From: an uncultured Myxococcales bacterium
Lineage (GTDB): Bacteria; Myxococcota_A; Polyangia; JAAYKL01
DNA: 64,000 nt
Assembly (NCBI GenBank): GCA_964530995.1
Contig: CAZHCG010000003.1
Location: 915 to 64,914, forward strand
Direction of reading: 5' to 3'
Every line of letters starts with the position of its first letter. Positions within the stretch are counted from its first letter, which is position 1. Of the stretch, positions 1-10,143 are shown piece after piece. The position numbers and the translations under genes were made by a program. The notes below the pieces were generated by a model that saw nothing but the letters and a program-made list of their open reading frames with translations, did not search any database and had not been told where the DNA came from.

Positions 1-1840
1 CAACTCCTGCGTGGCGGTGACGGAGGGGGAGGACCCGGTCGTGATTCCCAACGCCGAGGGCAGCCGCACCACGCCCTCGGTGGTCGGTTTCACCGAGAGC
101 GGCGAGCACCTGGTCGGTCAGGTGGCCAAGCGCCAGGCCGTGACCAACCCGGAAAACACCGTTTTCGCGATCAAGCGCCTGATGGGCCGACGCTTCGACT
201 CGCGCGAGGCCGAGCAGCAGCGGAAGCTGGCGCCCTACGGGATCGTCGAGGCGGACAACGGCGACGCCTGGATCGAGGTGCGCGGGAAGAAGATGAGCCC
301 TCCGGAGGTCTCCTCGATCCTGCTCAGGCAGCTTCGCGAGACGGCCGAGGCCTACCTGGGGCAGGGGGTGAAGCGCGCCGTGGTGACGGTTCCCGCCTAC
401 TTCAACGACTCCCAGCGCCAGGCGACCAAGGACGCCGGGCTGATGGCCGGCCTAGAGGTGGAGCGGATCATCAACGAGCCCACCGCGGCGGCGCTGGCCC
501 ACGGCAAGGAGAGCGGGAACGACGAGCGCATCGCGATGTACGACCTGGGGGGCGGGACGTTCGATATCTCGATTCTGGAGATCGAGCAGAGCGTCTTCTC
601 GGTCAAGTCCACCGCCGGCGACACCTTCCTGGGAGGGGAGGACTTCGATCGGCGCATCGTCGACCATCTGGCGGACGTCTTCCTCGAGGAGCAGGGGATC
701 GATCTGCGCGAGGACCGCATGTCGCTGCAGCGACTCAAGGAGGCGGCGGAGCGGGCCAAGCACGAGCTTTCCTCCGCGCTCGAGACCGAGATCAACCTGC
801 CGTTCATCGCGGCGGACGACTCGGGCCCCAAGCACCTGGTCCACACCATGGAGCGGATTCGGCTCGAGGAGCTGGTCGAGGACCTGGTGCGGCGCAGCTT
901 CGAGCCGTGCGAGCAGGCGCTGAAAGACGCCGGGCTGGGAGTCGACGAGATCGACGAGGTGCTGCTGGTGGGCGGAATGACGCGGATGCCGCTCGTGCAG
1001 CAGCTGGTCGAGGAGTTCTTCGGCAAGAAGGCGCTGCGCGGGATCAATCCCGACGAGGTCGTGGCCGTGGGAGCCGGGATCCAGGGCGCGGTGCTGGGAG
1101 GAGAGGCGGAGGAGGTGCTGCTGCTCGACGTGACGCCGCTCAGCCTGGGAGTCGAGACCGGCGGTGGGGTGTTCACCAAGCTGATCGAGAGAAACACGAC
1201 GATTCCGACCCGCAAGAAGCAGATCTTCACCACCTCGGTCGACGGTCAGAGCTTCGTGCCGGTCCACGTGCTGCAAGGCGAGCGTCCGATGGCGCGCGAC
1301 AACACCTCGCTGGCCCGTTTCGAGCTGACCGGAATCCCTCCGGCTCCACGGGGGGTTCCGCAGATCCAGGTGGCGTTCGACATCGACGCCAACGGGATCG
1401 TCTCGGTCTCGGCGCGGGATCTGGGCACCAAGAAGGAGCAGGCGGTGCGCGTCGCCGCGGGCTCGGGCCTGAGCAAGGCCGAGATCGAGCGCGTGATCGC
1501 CGAGGCCGAGAGCAGGCGCGACGAAGACGAGGCGCTCAAGCGGCTGGCGGAGATTCGCGTCGCGGCCGAGTCGCTGATCTACACCACCGAGCGGGCGGTC
1601 GAGGAGTACGGAGACGCGGTGGGAGACGATGTTCTCGAGGTGATCCGCGCCGACATGCAGTCTCTCCGCGAGGCGGTCGAACAGGAGGACGCAGAGCTGA
1701 TCGGCCAGCTCAAGAGCCAGCTCGAGGCGTCCGCTTTTCGCATCGCAGAAGCGATGTACGCCGACGTCGACGGCCTGGAGGAAGTGCCCGAGGGCGAAGC
1801 GATCACCGGCGAAATCGACGCATCCGAAGACGAGAGCTAG
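1..1840 (+). CDS. dnaK: Molecular chaperone DnaK (Hsp70); 5' end truncated by the window edge (in-frame from nt 2).
   Basis: Translation begins inside the conserved N-terminal segment ([28 protein letters not shown]). It carries the Hsp70 signatures [10 protein letters not shown] and [11 protein letters not shown], the substrate-binding domain and an acidic C-terminus. dnaJ follows. Confidence 0.95.
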   Translation, partial: NSCVAVTEGEDPVVIPNAEGSRTTPSVVGFTESGEHLVGQVAKRQAVTNPENTVFAIKRLMGRRFDSREAEQQRKLAPYGIVEADNGDAWIEVRGKKMSPPEVSSILLRQLRETAEAYLGQGVKRAVVTVPAYFNDSQRQATKDAGLMAGLEVERIINEPTAAALAHGKESGNDERIAMYDLGGGTFDISILEIEQSVFSVKSTAGDTFLGGEDFDRRIVDHLADVFLEEQGIDLREDRMSLQRLKEAAERAKHELSSALETEINLPFIAADDSGPKHLVHTMERIRLEELVEDLVRRSFEPCEQALKDAGLGVDEIDEVLLVGGMTRMPLVQQLVEEFFGKKALRGINPDEVVAVGAGIQGAVLGGEAEEVLLLDVTPLSLGVETGGGVFTKLIERNTTIPTRKKQIFTTSVDGQSFVPVHVLQGERPMARDNTSLARFELTGIPPAPRGVPQIQVAFDIDANGIVSVSARDLGTKKEQAVRVAAGSGLSKAEIERVIAEAESRRDEDEALKRLAEIRVAAESLIYTTERAVEEYGDAVGDDVLEVIRADMQSLREAVEQEDAELIGQLKSQLEASAFRIAEAMYADVDGLEEVPEGEAITGEIDASEDES

Positions 1841-1860
1841 CGAATCCGGGACCCGTTTTC

Positions 1861-2985
1861 ATGGCAGCCAAACGCGATTATTACGAAGTACTGGGCGTTG
1901 CCCGCGACGTGGACGCGGCGGTCCTGAAGAAGGCTTACCGCAAGCTGGCGATGCGCTACCACCCCGATCAGAACCCCGACGATCCGCAGGCATCCGAGCG
2001 CTTCAGGGAGGCGACCGAGGCGTTCCAGGTGCTCTCCAATCCCCAGCGGCGGGCGAGCTACGACCGCTTCGGCCACGACGCCCCGGAGATGGGAGGCTTT
2101 CCCGGCGGAGGAGCCGGCGTCGATCTGGGCAGCATGACCGATTTCTTCGAGTCGATCTTCGGCTCGATGTTCGGCGGCGGAGCGCCCCGCGGCCGGCGGC
2201 GGCGCGGCAAGCCGGGCCGCGACTTGCAGTACGACCTGACTCTCGATCTCGAGCAGATCGTCTCCGGCGCGGACGTGCGGGTCACGCTCCCCAGGCCGGT
2301 GCGCTGCGAGACGTGCGGCGGCTCGGGACGCGAGCCCGGCAGCTCGCCCCGCCGCTGCGGGCAGTGCGGCGGCAGCGGCCGTATCAGGCTCCAGCAGGGC
2401 ATCTTCGCCGTCGCCGCTCCCTGCGCGGCCTGCGGCGGGACGGGCGAGATCAACGTCTCCCCCTGCCCGGACTGCGATGGCCGCGGGCTGGTCGAGCGCG
2501 AGGAAAAGTACGAGGTCTCGATTCCCCCCGGAGTCGACGACGGCGCGATCAAGGTCGTGGCGGGCGGCGGCGAGCACGGCCGCGAGGGCGGTCCGGACGG
2601 CGACCTGCACGTCATGATCCACGTCGAGGAGCATCCGTTCCTGGTGCGGAAGGGGCGCGACCTGCACTCGCAGCTCAAGATCACCTATCCGCAGGCCGTG
2701 CTGGGCGGCGAGGTCGAGGTGCCGACCGTGGACGGCGAGGTCAAGCTCAGGATCAAGCCCGGGACGGAGAACGGCAGGATCTATCGCCTGCGGGGCAAGG
2801 GTGTGCCGGCGCTGCGGGGCTCTGGCCGCGGCGACCAGCTGGTGCACGTGGAGATCGACGTGCCGTGCTCGCCGACGAGCCGCCAGCGCGAGCTGATCGA
2901 GCAGCTCGGCGAGGAGCTGGGCACCGAGGTCCACTCCGAGCCGCCCGGGTTCCTCGAAAGGCTGAAAAGCTTCTTCGAGGGCTGA
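1861..2985 (+). CDS. dnaJ: Chaperone DnaJ with J-domain, G/F region, four CxxCxGxG zinc-finger repeats and a C-terminal domain.
   Basis: The J-domain reads DYYEVLGV...YRKLAMRYHPDQN with the HPD motif. The zinc-finger repeats are CETCGGSG, CGQCGGSG, CAACGGTG and CPDCDGRG. The gene sits 20 nt downstream of dnaK. Confidence 0.93.
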   Translation: MAAKRDYYEVLGVARDVDAAVLKKAYRKLAMRYHPDQNPDDPQASERFREATEAFQVLSNPQRRASYDRFGHDAPEMGGFPGGGAGVDLGSMTDFFESIFGSMFGGGAPRGRRRRGKPGRDLQYDLTLDLEQIVSGADVRVTLPRPVRCETCGGSGREPGSSPRRCGQCGGSGRIRLQQGIFAVAAPCAACGGTGEINVSPCPDCDGRGLVEREEKYEVSIPPGVDDGAIKVVAGGGEHGREGGPDGDLHVMIHVEEHPFLVRKGRDLHSQLKITYPQAVLGGEVEVPTVDGEVKLRIKPGTENGRIYRLRGKGVPALRGSGRGDQLVHVEIDVPCSPTSRQRELIEQLGEELGTEVHSEPPGFLERLKSFFEG

Positions 2986-2988
2986 GCG

Positions 2989-4524
2989 CTACAGGTCAGA
3001 GGGCGGGACGTAGCGCGTGTACTCGATTCCCAGATCGCAGAACTCCGGGTCGCACCTGTCGCCCACGCGATCGACGACGAACTCGTTTTCGAGCTCCCTG
3101 GCCGGGCAGGGCTCGCGCCGGCCGTCGTGCAGAGCCTCGTACTGCTCGCGCTCGAGATCGATCGCGCCCTCGCACGAGTCGGCGAAACAGATCCGGGCCG
3201 CGGCATCGCGCCACTCCTGGGAGACGCGGACGATGCCCGCCTCGGCCGCGTCTCCGCTGCCGTAGCCCACGGTCAGAAAAGCCTTGCCGCTCAGATCCAG
3301 CTCGCGATCCAGCCCTTCTTCGAACCCGGCCGCGATCCAGGCCGGGAGCGAAGCGGTGTAGAGATTGCCCAGATCGCGCATCGCGTCCGCGCCGAGACGG
3401 ATCTTGCGCGCCTCGACCTGGCGGAACTTCTCCGTCTTGCGGAAGTGTTTGACCACATTCATCGCCTCAGGGTAGACTTCGCGGTTGATCTCCTCGCCCA
3501 GCTCGCCGTCGTGAAACAGGTCGGGATCGCCCTCGGCCTCGCGCAGCACCGCCTCCATCTCCGCGCCGCACTCGGCGCAGAGCTCGGCCAGCTCGGGATG
3601 ATGGCCCGGGTCGCGCGTCAGGCCCCAGACGTACAGCGCGGCCAGCACGTTGGCGGTCAGGCGGTGGTAGGGCCGGTGAAAGAAGGCCGCGTCCATGCGG
3701 TGGAACAGCTCGCGGGCGGTCAGCCCGATCTTGCGCAGCAGCCGGGCCACGGCGTGCAGCGCCTCGTCGGTGTAGCAGATCGTCGAGTACTTGCCGTTGA
3801 AGATCGGGTAGTCGGGAAGCCGAATCGCACCTCGGGGCGGTGCTGCGGCCAGATGACGGCCGTGCGGCTTGCGGAAGTCGACTCCGCGGTAGGCGGCCGC
3901 CGACGCCGCTTCGCGCAGGTCGACCTCGTATAGCCCGGGATGCTCCTCGACCAGCTGCGCGACCGCGCCGGCGCCCTGTGTCGGCTCCCCCGAGCTGCCC
4001 CGCTCGTACTCGGCGACGTCGGCGCTGACCGCGATCGCCCGCCGGCCGGCGCCGTCCGTGGCCAGGTAGCGCAGCGCGCCCTTGAGCGCGTAGACGCCGC
4101 CCAGGCAGGCGTGCTTCAGCTCGGGCACCTCGCAGTGGCGCGAGATGCGCGGCCGCCCCAGCCGCTCCAGGGCGCGATCGACCATCCCCTTGACGATGAT
4201 CGCTCCGGCCGAGTTGTCGCTGCTGGACTCGGTGCCCAGCGCCAGGTAGCCGACCGTGCGCGGGTCGACGTCGTAGCGCGCGATCAGGTCGAGCACGGCG
4301 CCCGCCGCCAGCGTGTACAGATTCTGGCGCGGACCGAGCACGCGAAAGCTGCGACCGACCGTGGATCGGATCTTGTCGGCCGAGGCTCCGGTCCAGTCGC
4401 ACCAGTCGTCGAGCAGCACCCGGTAGGGCGGCAGGCGCAGGGCGAAGCCGCTCACGCCGACCGGAACCGGCGAGCGCCTGGGGCGCGGAGGTGGCAGGGA
4501 ATCGATCACGCTGGGCTCCTTCAT
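2989..4524 (-). CDS. Hydroxymethylglutaryl-CoA synthase family protein (HMGS/MvaS-like, thiolase fold).
   Basis: GTESSSDNS matches the HMGS GTESxxDxSK motif. HACLGGVYAL matches the NACYGGT catalytic-Cys region. FNGKYS matches the conserved GKYS segment. At 511 aa it is longer than typical bacterial MvaS. Confidence 0.55.
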   Translation of the reverse strand: MKEPSVIDSLPPPRPRRSPVPVGVSGFALRLPPYRVLLDDWCDWTGASADKIRSTVGRSFRVLGPRQNLYTLAAGAVLDLIARYDVDPRTVGYLALGTESSSDNSAGAIIVKGMVDRALERLGRPRISRHCEVPELKHACLGGVYALKGALRYLATDGAGRRAIAVSADVAEYERGSSGEPTQGAGAVAQLVEEHPGLYEVDLREAASAAAYRGVDFRKPHGRHLAAAPPRGAIRLPDYPIFNGKYSTICYTDEALHAVARLLRKIGLTARELFHRMDAAFFHRPYHRLTANVLAALYVWGLTRDPGHHPELAELCAECGAEMEAVLREAEGDPDLFHDGELGEEINREVYPEAMNVVKHFRKTEKFRQVEARKIRLGADAMRDLGNLYTASLPAWIAAGFEEGLDRELDLSGKAFLTVGYGSGDAAEAGIVRVSQEWRDAAARICFADSCEGAIDLEREQYEALHDGRREPCPARELENEFVVDRVGDRCDPEFCDLGIEYTRYVPPSDL

Positions 4525-4687
4525 CGATGATCGTGCATCGGGCTCGTCCAGCGGACGTAGCCGCGGCTGCTCTGGGCGAGCCTGTATCCCGTCGGGGGAA
4601 AAAGATAAACCCCAAAGGCGTATCCCCGCGGGAACGGAATCGTGCTAGATTCGAGCTTCCGTACGACACTCGGCAAAGGGGAGAGCA

Positions 4688-5149
4688 ATGACGTTTCTGT
4701 TCACGTTTTTCATCGCGGCCAGCCAGGTGACGACGTTTTTCCTGTCGCTGCTGGCCCAGAATCGCGCGACCGAGGAGGCGGCCCTGGCGCTGCCGATTCC
4801 GATCCTGATCGGAACGGGGTTCTTCATCTGGATGGTGGGTTACGCCTGGAGCTCGATCCAGGACGAGCAGAGCCCGATCAGCACCGGCAAGGCGGTCGGC
4901 TTTCTGTTCATCCCGTTTTTCAATCTGTATTGGTTGTTCGTGGTGCTGCCCGGGTTCGCCACCGAGTACCGCAAGTACGCCCAGCGCCACGACCTCGACG
5001 TCAAGCCGCCCAGCAAGGGCGTGCTGATCACCTGGGCGATCCTGACGCTGGTCCAGATTCCGGTGGCCCTCTGGGTGCTGACGATCATCGGCGCGATCCA
5101 GATCGGGATGGCCGTATCCAGGCTCAAGGCCGCGCGCGGCGAGAGCTGA
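4688..5149 (+). CDS. Small integral membrane protein of unknown function (DUF4234-like).
   Basis: 153 aa with 3-4 predicted TM helices and an FIPFFNLYW motif. Local codon bias is good. The function is not assignable from sequence. Confidence 0.45.
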   Translation: MTFLFTFFIAASQVTTFFLSLLAQNRATEEAALALPIPILIGTGFFIWMVGYAWSSIQDEQSPISTGKAVGFLFIPFFNLYWLFVVLPGFATEYRKYAQRHDLDVKPPSKGVLITWAILTLVQIPVALWVLTIIGAIQIGMAVSRLKAARGES

Positions 5150-5193
5150 GCGCTCGACGCCTTCGCGACAGGCCGTCCGGATAGAGGGAAGCC

Positions 5194-5649
5194 GTGTCCG
5201 ACGAGCTCGTCGACATAGCCTGGTTCGACACCCCGATCGAGGCCCGGCTGGCCAAGATGCGGCTCGACGGGGAGGGGATACTCGCCTTCGTGATCGGAGA
5301 GCACCTGGGGGGAATGAACGTCTTCGGCTTTGCCGGCGGAGAGGGGGTGCGGATCCAGGTCAGGCCCGAGGACGCCGAGCGCGCCGCCGGGATCCTGGAG
5401 CGCGCCGCCGACGAGCGGGGCGAAGAGGCGGGCGAAGAGACCGTACCTCCGTTCGATCACGCGGACGAGGACGTGATCGACACCGGCGCGGCGGCCGCCG
5501 GCGAGCGCTGTCCGGCGTGCGGCAGCCCGCTGGTCGAGCGGCGCCGCGACCCCGAAGCCCGTGGCTGGCTTTCCCGCCTGCTGGGAAGGAGCGGCCGGGT
5601 CTGCCGGCGCTGCGGGCACAGCTGGAGAGATACGGACGACAGCGAATGA
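5194..5649 (+). CDS. Hypothetical protein: DUF2007-like N-terminal domain plus a C-terminal CxxC...CxxC zinc ribbon.
   Basis: 151 aa. The C-terminus carries CPACGSPL...CRRCGHSW. The N-terminus resembles small 'putative signal transducing' domains. Confidence 0.4.
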   Translation: MSDELVDIAWFDTPIEARLAKMRLDGEGILAFVIGEHLGGMNVFGFAGGEGVRIQVRPEDAERAAGILERAADERGEEAGEETVPPFDHADEDVIDTGAAAAGERCPACGSPLVERRRDPEARGWLSRLLGRSGRVCRRCGHSWRDTDDSE

Positions 5650-5652
5650 AAA

Positions 5653-5728
5653 CGGCGACCCCGACGGGAATCGAACCCGTGCCGCCGGCGTGAAAGGCCG
5701 GTGTCCTCACCTCTAGACGACGGGGCCT
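5653..5728 (-). tRNA. tRNA-Glu (anticodon UUC); no encoded CCA.
   Basis: The reverse complement reads GGCCCCGTCGTCTAGAGGTGAGGACACCGGCCTTTCACGCCGGCGGCACGGGTTCGATTCCCGTCGGGGTCGCC. It forms a cloverleaf with GTTCGATTC in the T-loop and CTTTCAC in the anticodon loop. Ends are hand-counted, +/-2 nt. Confidence 0.85.
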
Positions 5729-5767
5729 AGTCGCGTTTCGATCTCTTTTCAATCGCGATCGTCGCTG

Positions 5768-5841
5768 TGAGCCGTGAAGGAATCGAACCTTCGACCTACG
5801 GATTAAAAGTCCGGTGCTCTACCTAGCTGAGCTAACGGCCC
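5768..5841 (-). tRNA. tRNA-Lys (anticodon UUU).
   Basis: The reverse complement reads GGGCCGTTAGCTCAGCTAGGTAGAGCACCGGACTTTTAATCCGTAGGTCGAAGGTTCGATTCCTTCACGGCTCA. It has the D-loop AGCTCAGCTAGGTAGAGC, the anticodon loop CTTTTAA and the T-loop GGTTCGATTCC. Ends +/-2 nt. Confidence 0.85.
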
Positions 5842-6002
5842 TCCGCGCGCCGGGCGCCGCTATGTACCAAACAGAGAAGAGTAAGGCAAGCGCACCGTTG
5901 GCCGAGCACGAAATCGCTTGACAAACGACCTCTTGCCGTGGCTTTGGTATTACGTTTTTACAGAAGGTAACACAGCGATCACAGAGAAAGCGAGGTTCGA
6001 AA

Positions 6003-6512
6003 ATGAATGACATCACAGTGAAATGGATGTTGACAGTGACTTGCATGGTATTCATGGCTCATGTGACAGGTTGCGATCCCGAGGACGAAGGCTCGGCGAC
6101 CGTCCAGATCAAAAACGATTTCGACAACCCGGAGATGGACTTCCAGCCGCCGTGGACCATCTGCGAGTCCTCCTACCTCGATGTCGAGTTCGGCACCATA
6201 GACATCGGGGAGAGCAGCGCGGAGCAGGAGGTCGTCCCGGGGCTGGACTACGTCCTGATGGTCGCGGCCTGGGACGATCCCAGCTGCGCGCCCGAAAACT
6301 GCCTGCCGATCGCCAGCAAGAACGAGGAGGAGGTCGTGGACGGTCAGACGCGGACGATCGAGATCAACCTGCCCAACCACCAGGGGCCGTGTCCACCCGA
6401 GGGCGTGCAGCCCATCCCCCAGGAGCTGTACGACAGGATCCTGTCCCTGTGGCCCGATTACGGCTTCGAGCCCTACGAGCAGAAAACCGAGAACGCGCAG
6501 TGCCTCGATTGA
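6003..6512 (+). CDS. Cys-rich secreted lipoprotein, hypothetical.
   Basis: Signal peptide with lipobox (MVFMAHVTGC). Nine Cys in the mature part. GC is visibly lower (about 58%) than the background. The stop overlaps the next start (ATGA). Confidence 0.55.
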   Translation: MNDITVKWMLTVTCMVFMAHVTGCDPEDEGSATVQIKNDFDNPEMDFQPPWTICESSYLDVEFGTIDIGESSAEQEVVPGLDYVLMVAAWDDPSCAPENCLPIASKNEEEVVDGQTRTIEINLPNHQGPCPPEGVQPIPQELYDRILSLWPDYGFEPYEQKTENAQCLD

Positions 6513-7015
6513 TGTTCTCCGCGGACCCGCTCGCGAGGCTCTCGGCAAGACTGGGGTGCCGCTGGTCGCTGGCGGTGGCGCTCCTGGTCGGCGGATGCGA
6601 GCTCGCATATCCAGAGGTCGTGGTCGTCAACCGGACGAACGAGCACGTCCTGATCAAGGATGTGAGCTTCAACGGGTGCGTCTGGGACGAGGTCATCGCT
6701 TTCGAAGAGGCGACCTCTCCGGGCAGGTGTCTGCCGGGGAATGACAGAATTCACTTAAAAAAGCTCGATGCCGAGTCCTACTGCCAGGAGCAGGCAGAGG
6801 ACGGCACGCTCGACGACGTCTGTACATGCGATACCGACCAGGATCTCGACAGCGACGAAGGTATCGATACGGATCTGACGAACGAGGAGCCTAACTGGTT
6901 CAACTACCAGACGATCTCGGTCAAGCGAGTCGGCTACGGCGACTTTCACCTCTTCGAGATCACCGCGGACGACATCGAGCAGGATTTCACCGTGCCCGGA
7001 CCCTACGGGCATTGA
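6512..7015 (+). CDS. Cys-rich secreted lipoprotein, hypothetical; possibly a paralogue of the preceding gene.
   Basis: Signal peptide with lipobox (ALLVGGCEL). Contains an acidic D/E/T-rich segment. Translationally coupled to the upstream ORF. Confidence 0.55.
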   Translation: MFSADPLARLSARLGCRWSLAVALLVGGCELAYPEVVVVNRTNEHVLIKDVSFNGCVWDEVIAFEEATSPGRCLPGNDRIHLKKLDAESYCQEQAEDGTLDDVCTCDTDQDLDSDEGIDTDLTNEEPNWFNYQTISVKRVGYGDFHLFEITADDIEQDFTVPGPYGH

Positions 7016-7032
7016 GTCAGAGGTGATCCGTC

Positions 7033-8988
7033 TTGAGATCCGCGATCTCCATCGCCCTGACCATCGCCGCCGGGTTGGCAGATGCATCGCCCGCGCGCGC
7101 CGAGGACCCCGCCGACGCCGGCGTGCCGTCGGCGACCGGCGATCAGCCGCTCGACAGTGATGCAGGGGCGCAAGGCGACGCAGATGCAGACCAGCCGAGC
7201 TTCCCGGCAGACTTCCCGGTCGTCGATCGCGCCTACGAGACGACAGTCAGCGCCAGGCGGCCGATCGCGCGAGACCGCACCCAGGACGATTTCGAGGTCG
7301 CCGGCGAACACTTGAGGGACAGCGTTCGAGCCAGCACGCTCGAGGCCCTCTCCCAGGAGAACGCGGGCATATACGTGCCGGGACGCGGCTCGTTTCACGG
7401 TGTGGCCAACGGCGCGACCGGCGGCATCTACATCCGGGGCCTGGGCGGAAGCCCCAACACGCAGGTGCTGGTCGTCGAGGACGGCGTCCCGGATTACATG
7501 GGGATCTTCGGCCATCCGATCCCGGATGCGTACGTTCCTTTTCTGATCGACGAGGCGCTGGTGATCAAGGGCGGCGACTCGGTGCTGTACGGCAGCAACG
7601 CGATGGGCGGCGTGGTGGCGCTGCGCAACCGCTGGCGCGATGCGGAGGGATTCGAGATCCTCAACGACGCGGCCTACGGCAGCTACTCGACCGTGCGGGA
7701 GACGGCCTCGCTGCTCGGCAGGACGGGGGACCTGGACCTGGCGGGGGCGTTTCACGCGGTCAGCACGGAGGGGCACAGAGACGGGGCCGGGGGGAACGAG
7801 ATCGTCGGTCACCTGGCCGCCCGCTACCGCTTCGAACCCGGGCTCAGGCTCACCGCGCGAAACAAGGTCGTCCACCTGGAGGGAACCGACCCGGGCCCGG
7901 TGACTCACCCCCATACCGGGCACTGGTACGACGTGTGGAGAAACAACACGTCGCTTCGGCTCGAGTGGAAACGCGATCCGATGCGCCTGACCGTCACCCC
8001 GTTCTTCAACCTCGGAGTCCACCGCCTCTACGACGGCTTCTTCTCCCGGGACCATCTCGCGGGCGGCAACGCCGAGATCGATCTCAGGCTCCATTCGACG
8101 ACCCGGCTCCTGCTCGGGCTCGGCGGTCAGCACGTGGACGGACGGGTGGAAAACCGCGCCGAAGAAGAGCGCACGCCGGTGCAGGGGCTTACCGACCTGT
8201 CGGCCTACGGGCAGATCACATTCCGGCCCGTTTCGCAGCTGTCGATCGTCGCCGGCGCCCGCTTCCTCAACAGCCTCACCTACGGACCCGTGCTACTGTA
8301 CAAGGGCGGCGCCCGCTGGGACGTCTACCGGGGTCTCTACGCCCGCACGCGGATCGCCCGCAACTTCCGCCAGCCGACGATCCGCGAGCTCTACCTGCCG
8401 TTTCCGACGGCAAATCCGGATCTGCGTCCCGAATACTCGCTGAACTGGGACTTCGGCCTGGGTTACGAGGCCGAGCACTTCGAGGTCTCGTGCAGCGGCT
8501 ATCGCACCCAGTCGGACGACATGATCCGGTACTTCGGCGCCTGGCCCACGGCGGAGGTGGTCAACATCGACAACATCGTCATATGGGGCGTCGAGGGGCG
8601 AGCGGGCGTACGTCGTCTCGGACCGATCTCGATGTTCGTCAGCGGCGACTGGCGGGACGTGGGTCGATACACGCGCCAGAACCCGCAGGCCAAGCTCGAC
8701 TTCACCCTCGAGGCGAGTCACGAGTTCACCCCGCACTTCGTCGGCGGCAGCCTGACCGGAGAGTGGGTTCACGGGCTCTACATGTCCAACTACGGCCGCG
8801 ACCCGCTCGACGACCCCTTTGCCATGAATCTGGCCTTCCGCTACCGCTACACCTCTTCGGAGCGGGGATTCACCCTCGAGCCCTACCTCTTCTTGCGCAA
8901 CTTTCTCGACAGACGCTACGCCTTCGTCGAGGGTTATCCCATGCCCGGCTTCCACGTTCTCGCCGGGTTGAAGGTGGGGCTGATATGA
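7033..8988 (+). CDS. TonB-dependent outer-membrane receptor, short BtuB-like class (651 aa).
   Basis: Signal peptide; a TonB-box-like ETTVSARRP; a plug domain reading NAGIYVPGRG...GGIYIRGLGGSPNTQVLVVEDGVPDYMGIF...VIKGGDSVLYGSNAMGGVVAL; and a long beta-barrel. The overall pattern resembles BtuB. It ends in Ile rather than the usual aromatic residue. Confidence 0.8.
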   Translation: MRSAISIALTIAAGLADASPARAEDPADAGVPSATGDQPLDSDAGAQGDADADQPSFPADFPVVDRAYETTVSARRPIARDRTQDDFEVAGEHLRDSVRASTLEALSQENAGIYVPGRGSFHGVANGATGGIYIRGLGGSPNTQVLVVEDGVPDYMGIFGHPIPDAYVPFLIDEALVIKGGDSVLYGSNAMGGVVALRNRWRDAEGFEILNDAAYGSYSTVRETASLLGRTGDLDLAGAFHAVSTEGHRDGAGGNEIVGHLAARYRFEPGLRLTARNKVVHLEGTDPGPVTHPHTGHWYDVWRNNTSLRLEWKRDPMRLTVTPFFNLGVHRLYDGFFSRDHLAGGNAEIDLRLHSTTRLLLGLGGQHVDGRVENRAEEERTPVQGLTDLSAYGQITFRPVSQLSIVAGARFLNSLTYGPVLLYKGGARWDVYRGLYARTRIARNFRQPTIRELYLPFPTANPDLRPEYSLNWDFGLGYEAEHFEVSCSGYRTQSDDMIRYFGAWPTAEVVNIDNIVIWGVEGRAGVRRLGPISMFVSGDWRDVGRYTRQNPQAKLDFTLEASHEFTPHFVGGSLTGEWVHGLYMSNYGRDPLDDPFAMNLAFRYRYTSSERGFTLEPYLFLRNFLDRRYAFVEGYPMPGFHVLAGLKVGLI

Positions 8989-9536
8989 GAGTGCGCCTTT
9001 CGGCTCGCGAGCTGGCCTTCTGCGGGGTGTTCGGAGCGGCTGCGCTGCTGCTCCCGGTGATCTTCCACGTGCTGCACCTGGGGCACATCTTCATGCCGAT
9101 GTACCTGCCGCTGGTGGCGTTGGCGTACTTCGTGCGCCCGCTGGCTGCGGCGTCGACCGCGATCGTCGCACCGCCGTTGTCCGGAGCGGTAACCGGGATG
9201 CCACCTTTCTTTCCGCCTGTGGCTGTCTTCATGTCGCTGGAGCTGGCCGCGATGGCTGCGCTGATCTCCTGGACGTGCACGCGCTGGCCTCGGGTCAACG
9301 AGTGGCTAGTGCTCATCCCGGCGCTGATCCTGGGAAGAGCGCTCTACGTCGGGCTCGTCTATCTCTTTTCTCTCTTCATCGATCTGCCCGCCGGCTTCAT
9401 GGCGGGTTTGTCGTTCCTGAGCGGCTGGCCGGGGATCGTCCTGATGGTCGCGGTGGTGCCGGTCATCGCCAGGACCAGCAGGCCCGCCAGGCGGCGCGTG
9501 GCGCGCTCGGGGAAAGGAGTCGCGAATGAGCACTGA
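8985..9536 (+). CDS. Small polytopic membrane protein (183 aa), candidate ECF-transporter substrate-capture (S) component.
   Basis: 5-6 predicted TM helices. The start overlaps the TBDR stop (ATATGA). It is followed by EcfT and EcfA homologues in overlapping reading frames. No family-specific motif was recognised by eye. Confidence 0.45.
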   Translation: MRVRLSARELAFCGVFGAAALLLPVIFHVLHLGHIFMPMYLPLVALAYFVRPLAAASTAIVAPPLSGAVTGMPPFFPPVAVFMSLELAAMAALISWTCTRWPRVNEWLVLIPALILGRALYVGLVYLFSLFIDLPAGFMAGLSFLSGWPGIVLMVAVVPVIARTSRPARRRVARSGKGVANEH

Positions 9537-10143
9537 AGCGAAAGTGGAGTTCTTCGATGGGATTGCTGAAAAGTGGGACGATTGGGAGGACCTGGAGGTC
9601 GTGGCCGGAAGGCTGTCGCGCGGCCTCGACGAGCTGGGAGTCACCTCCAAAGAGATCGTCGCCGACGTGGGCTGCGGTACGGGGAACCTGACCCGCGCCC
9701 TGCTGGACAGGCTCTCACGCGACGGGCGCGTGGTGGCGATCGATATCTCCTTTGCGATGGTCGCAAAGGCACGCCAGAAGGTTGCGGATCCCCGGGTCGA
9801 GTGGCACGTGGGCGACGCGACGCGCATCCCCATCGACGAGAGCTCCGTGGATCGGGTCATCTGCTTCTCGGTCTGGCCGCACTTCGATGATCCCGACGCG
9901 GTGATCGACGAGATCGACAGAATCCTTCGTCCCCGCGGCGTGCTGCACGTCTGGCACCTTTCCTCTCGCGCGACCGTCAACGAGATTCACGCCTCGGCCG
10001 GCGAGGCGGTGGCAAACGACGTGCTCGTCCCCGCCGTACGGACTGCGCGGACGCTGGAGGAGCACGGTTTCCGTCCTTACGAGGTCGTCGACGACGGAGA
10101 GCGGTACCTCGTGTCGGCGAAAAGAGCATCGCGAAATCGATGA
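9526..10143 (+). CDS. Class I SAM-dependent methyltransferase (UbiE/COQ5-like fold).
   Basis: Motif I VADVGCGTGNLT; FFDGIAEKWD at the N-terminus; an acidic motif II (VVAIDIS) and motif III (LRPRGVL). Overlaps the upstream gene by 11 nt and the downstream gene by 4 nt. Confidence 0.75.
   Translation: MSTEAKVEFFDGIAEKWDDWEDLEVVAGRLSRGLDELGVTSKEIVADVGCGTGNLTRALLDRLSRDGRVVAIDISFAMVAKARQKVADPRVEWHVGDATRIPIDESSVDRVICFSVWPHFDDPDAVIDEIDRILRPRGVLHVWHLSSRATVNEIHASAGEAVANDVLVPAVRTARTLEEHGFRPYEVVDDGERYLVSAKRASRNR

Noticed and set aside
5905-5950. Sigma-70-like promoter upstream of the lipoprotein genes (exact TTGACA at about 5917, possible extended -10 TGGTATTAC).
   Set aside because: The spacing between TTGACA and the best -10-like hexamer is about 24 nt, too long for a canonical sigma-70 promoter. 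It is not reported as a feature.
8960-8988. TBDR ending in ...GLKVGLI instead of a C-terminal aromatic residue; possible 3' frameshift.
   Set aside because: The alternative frame open across this point already encodes the downstream membrane protein, which has a good start (ATATGA overlap). No better C-terminal strand for the receptor exists in another frame. Treated as a genuine atypical terminus.
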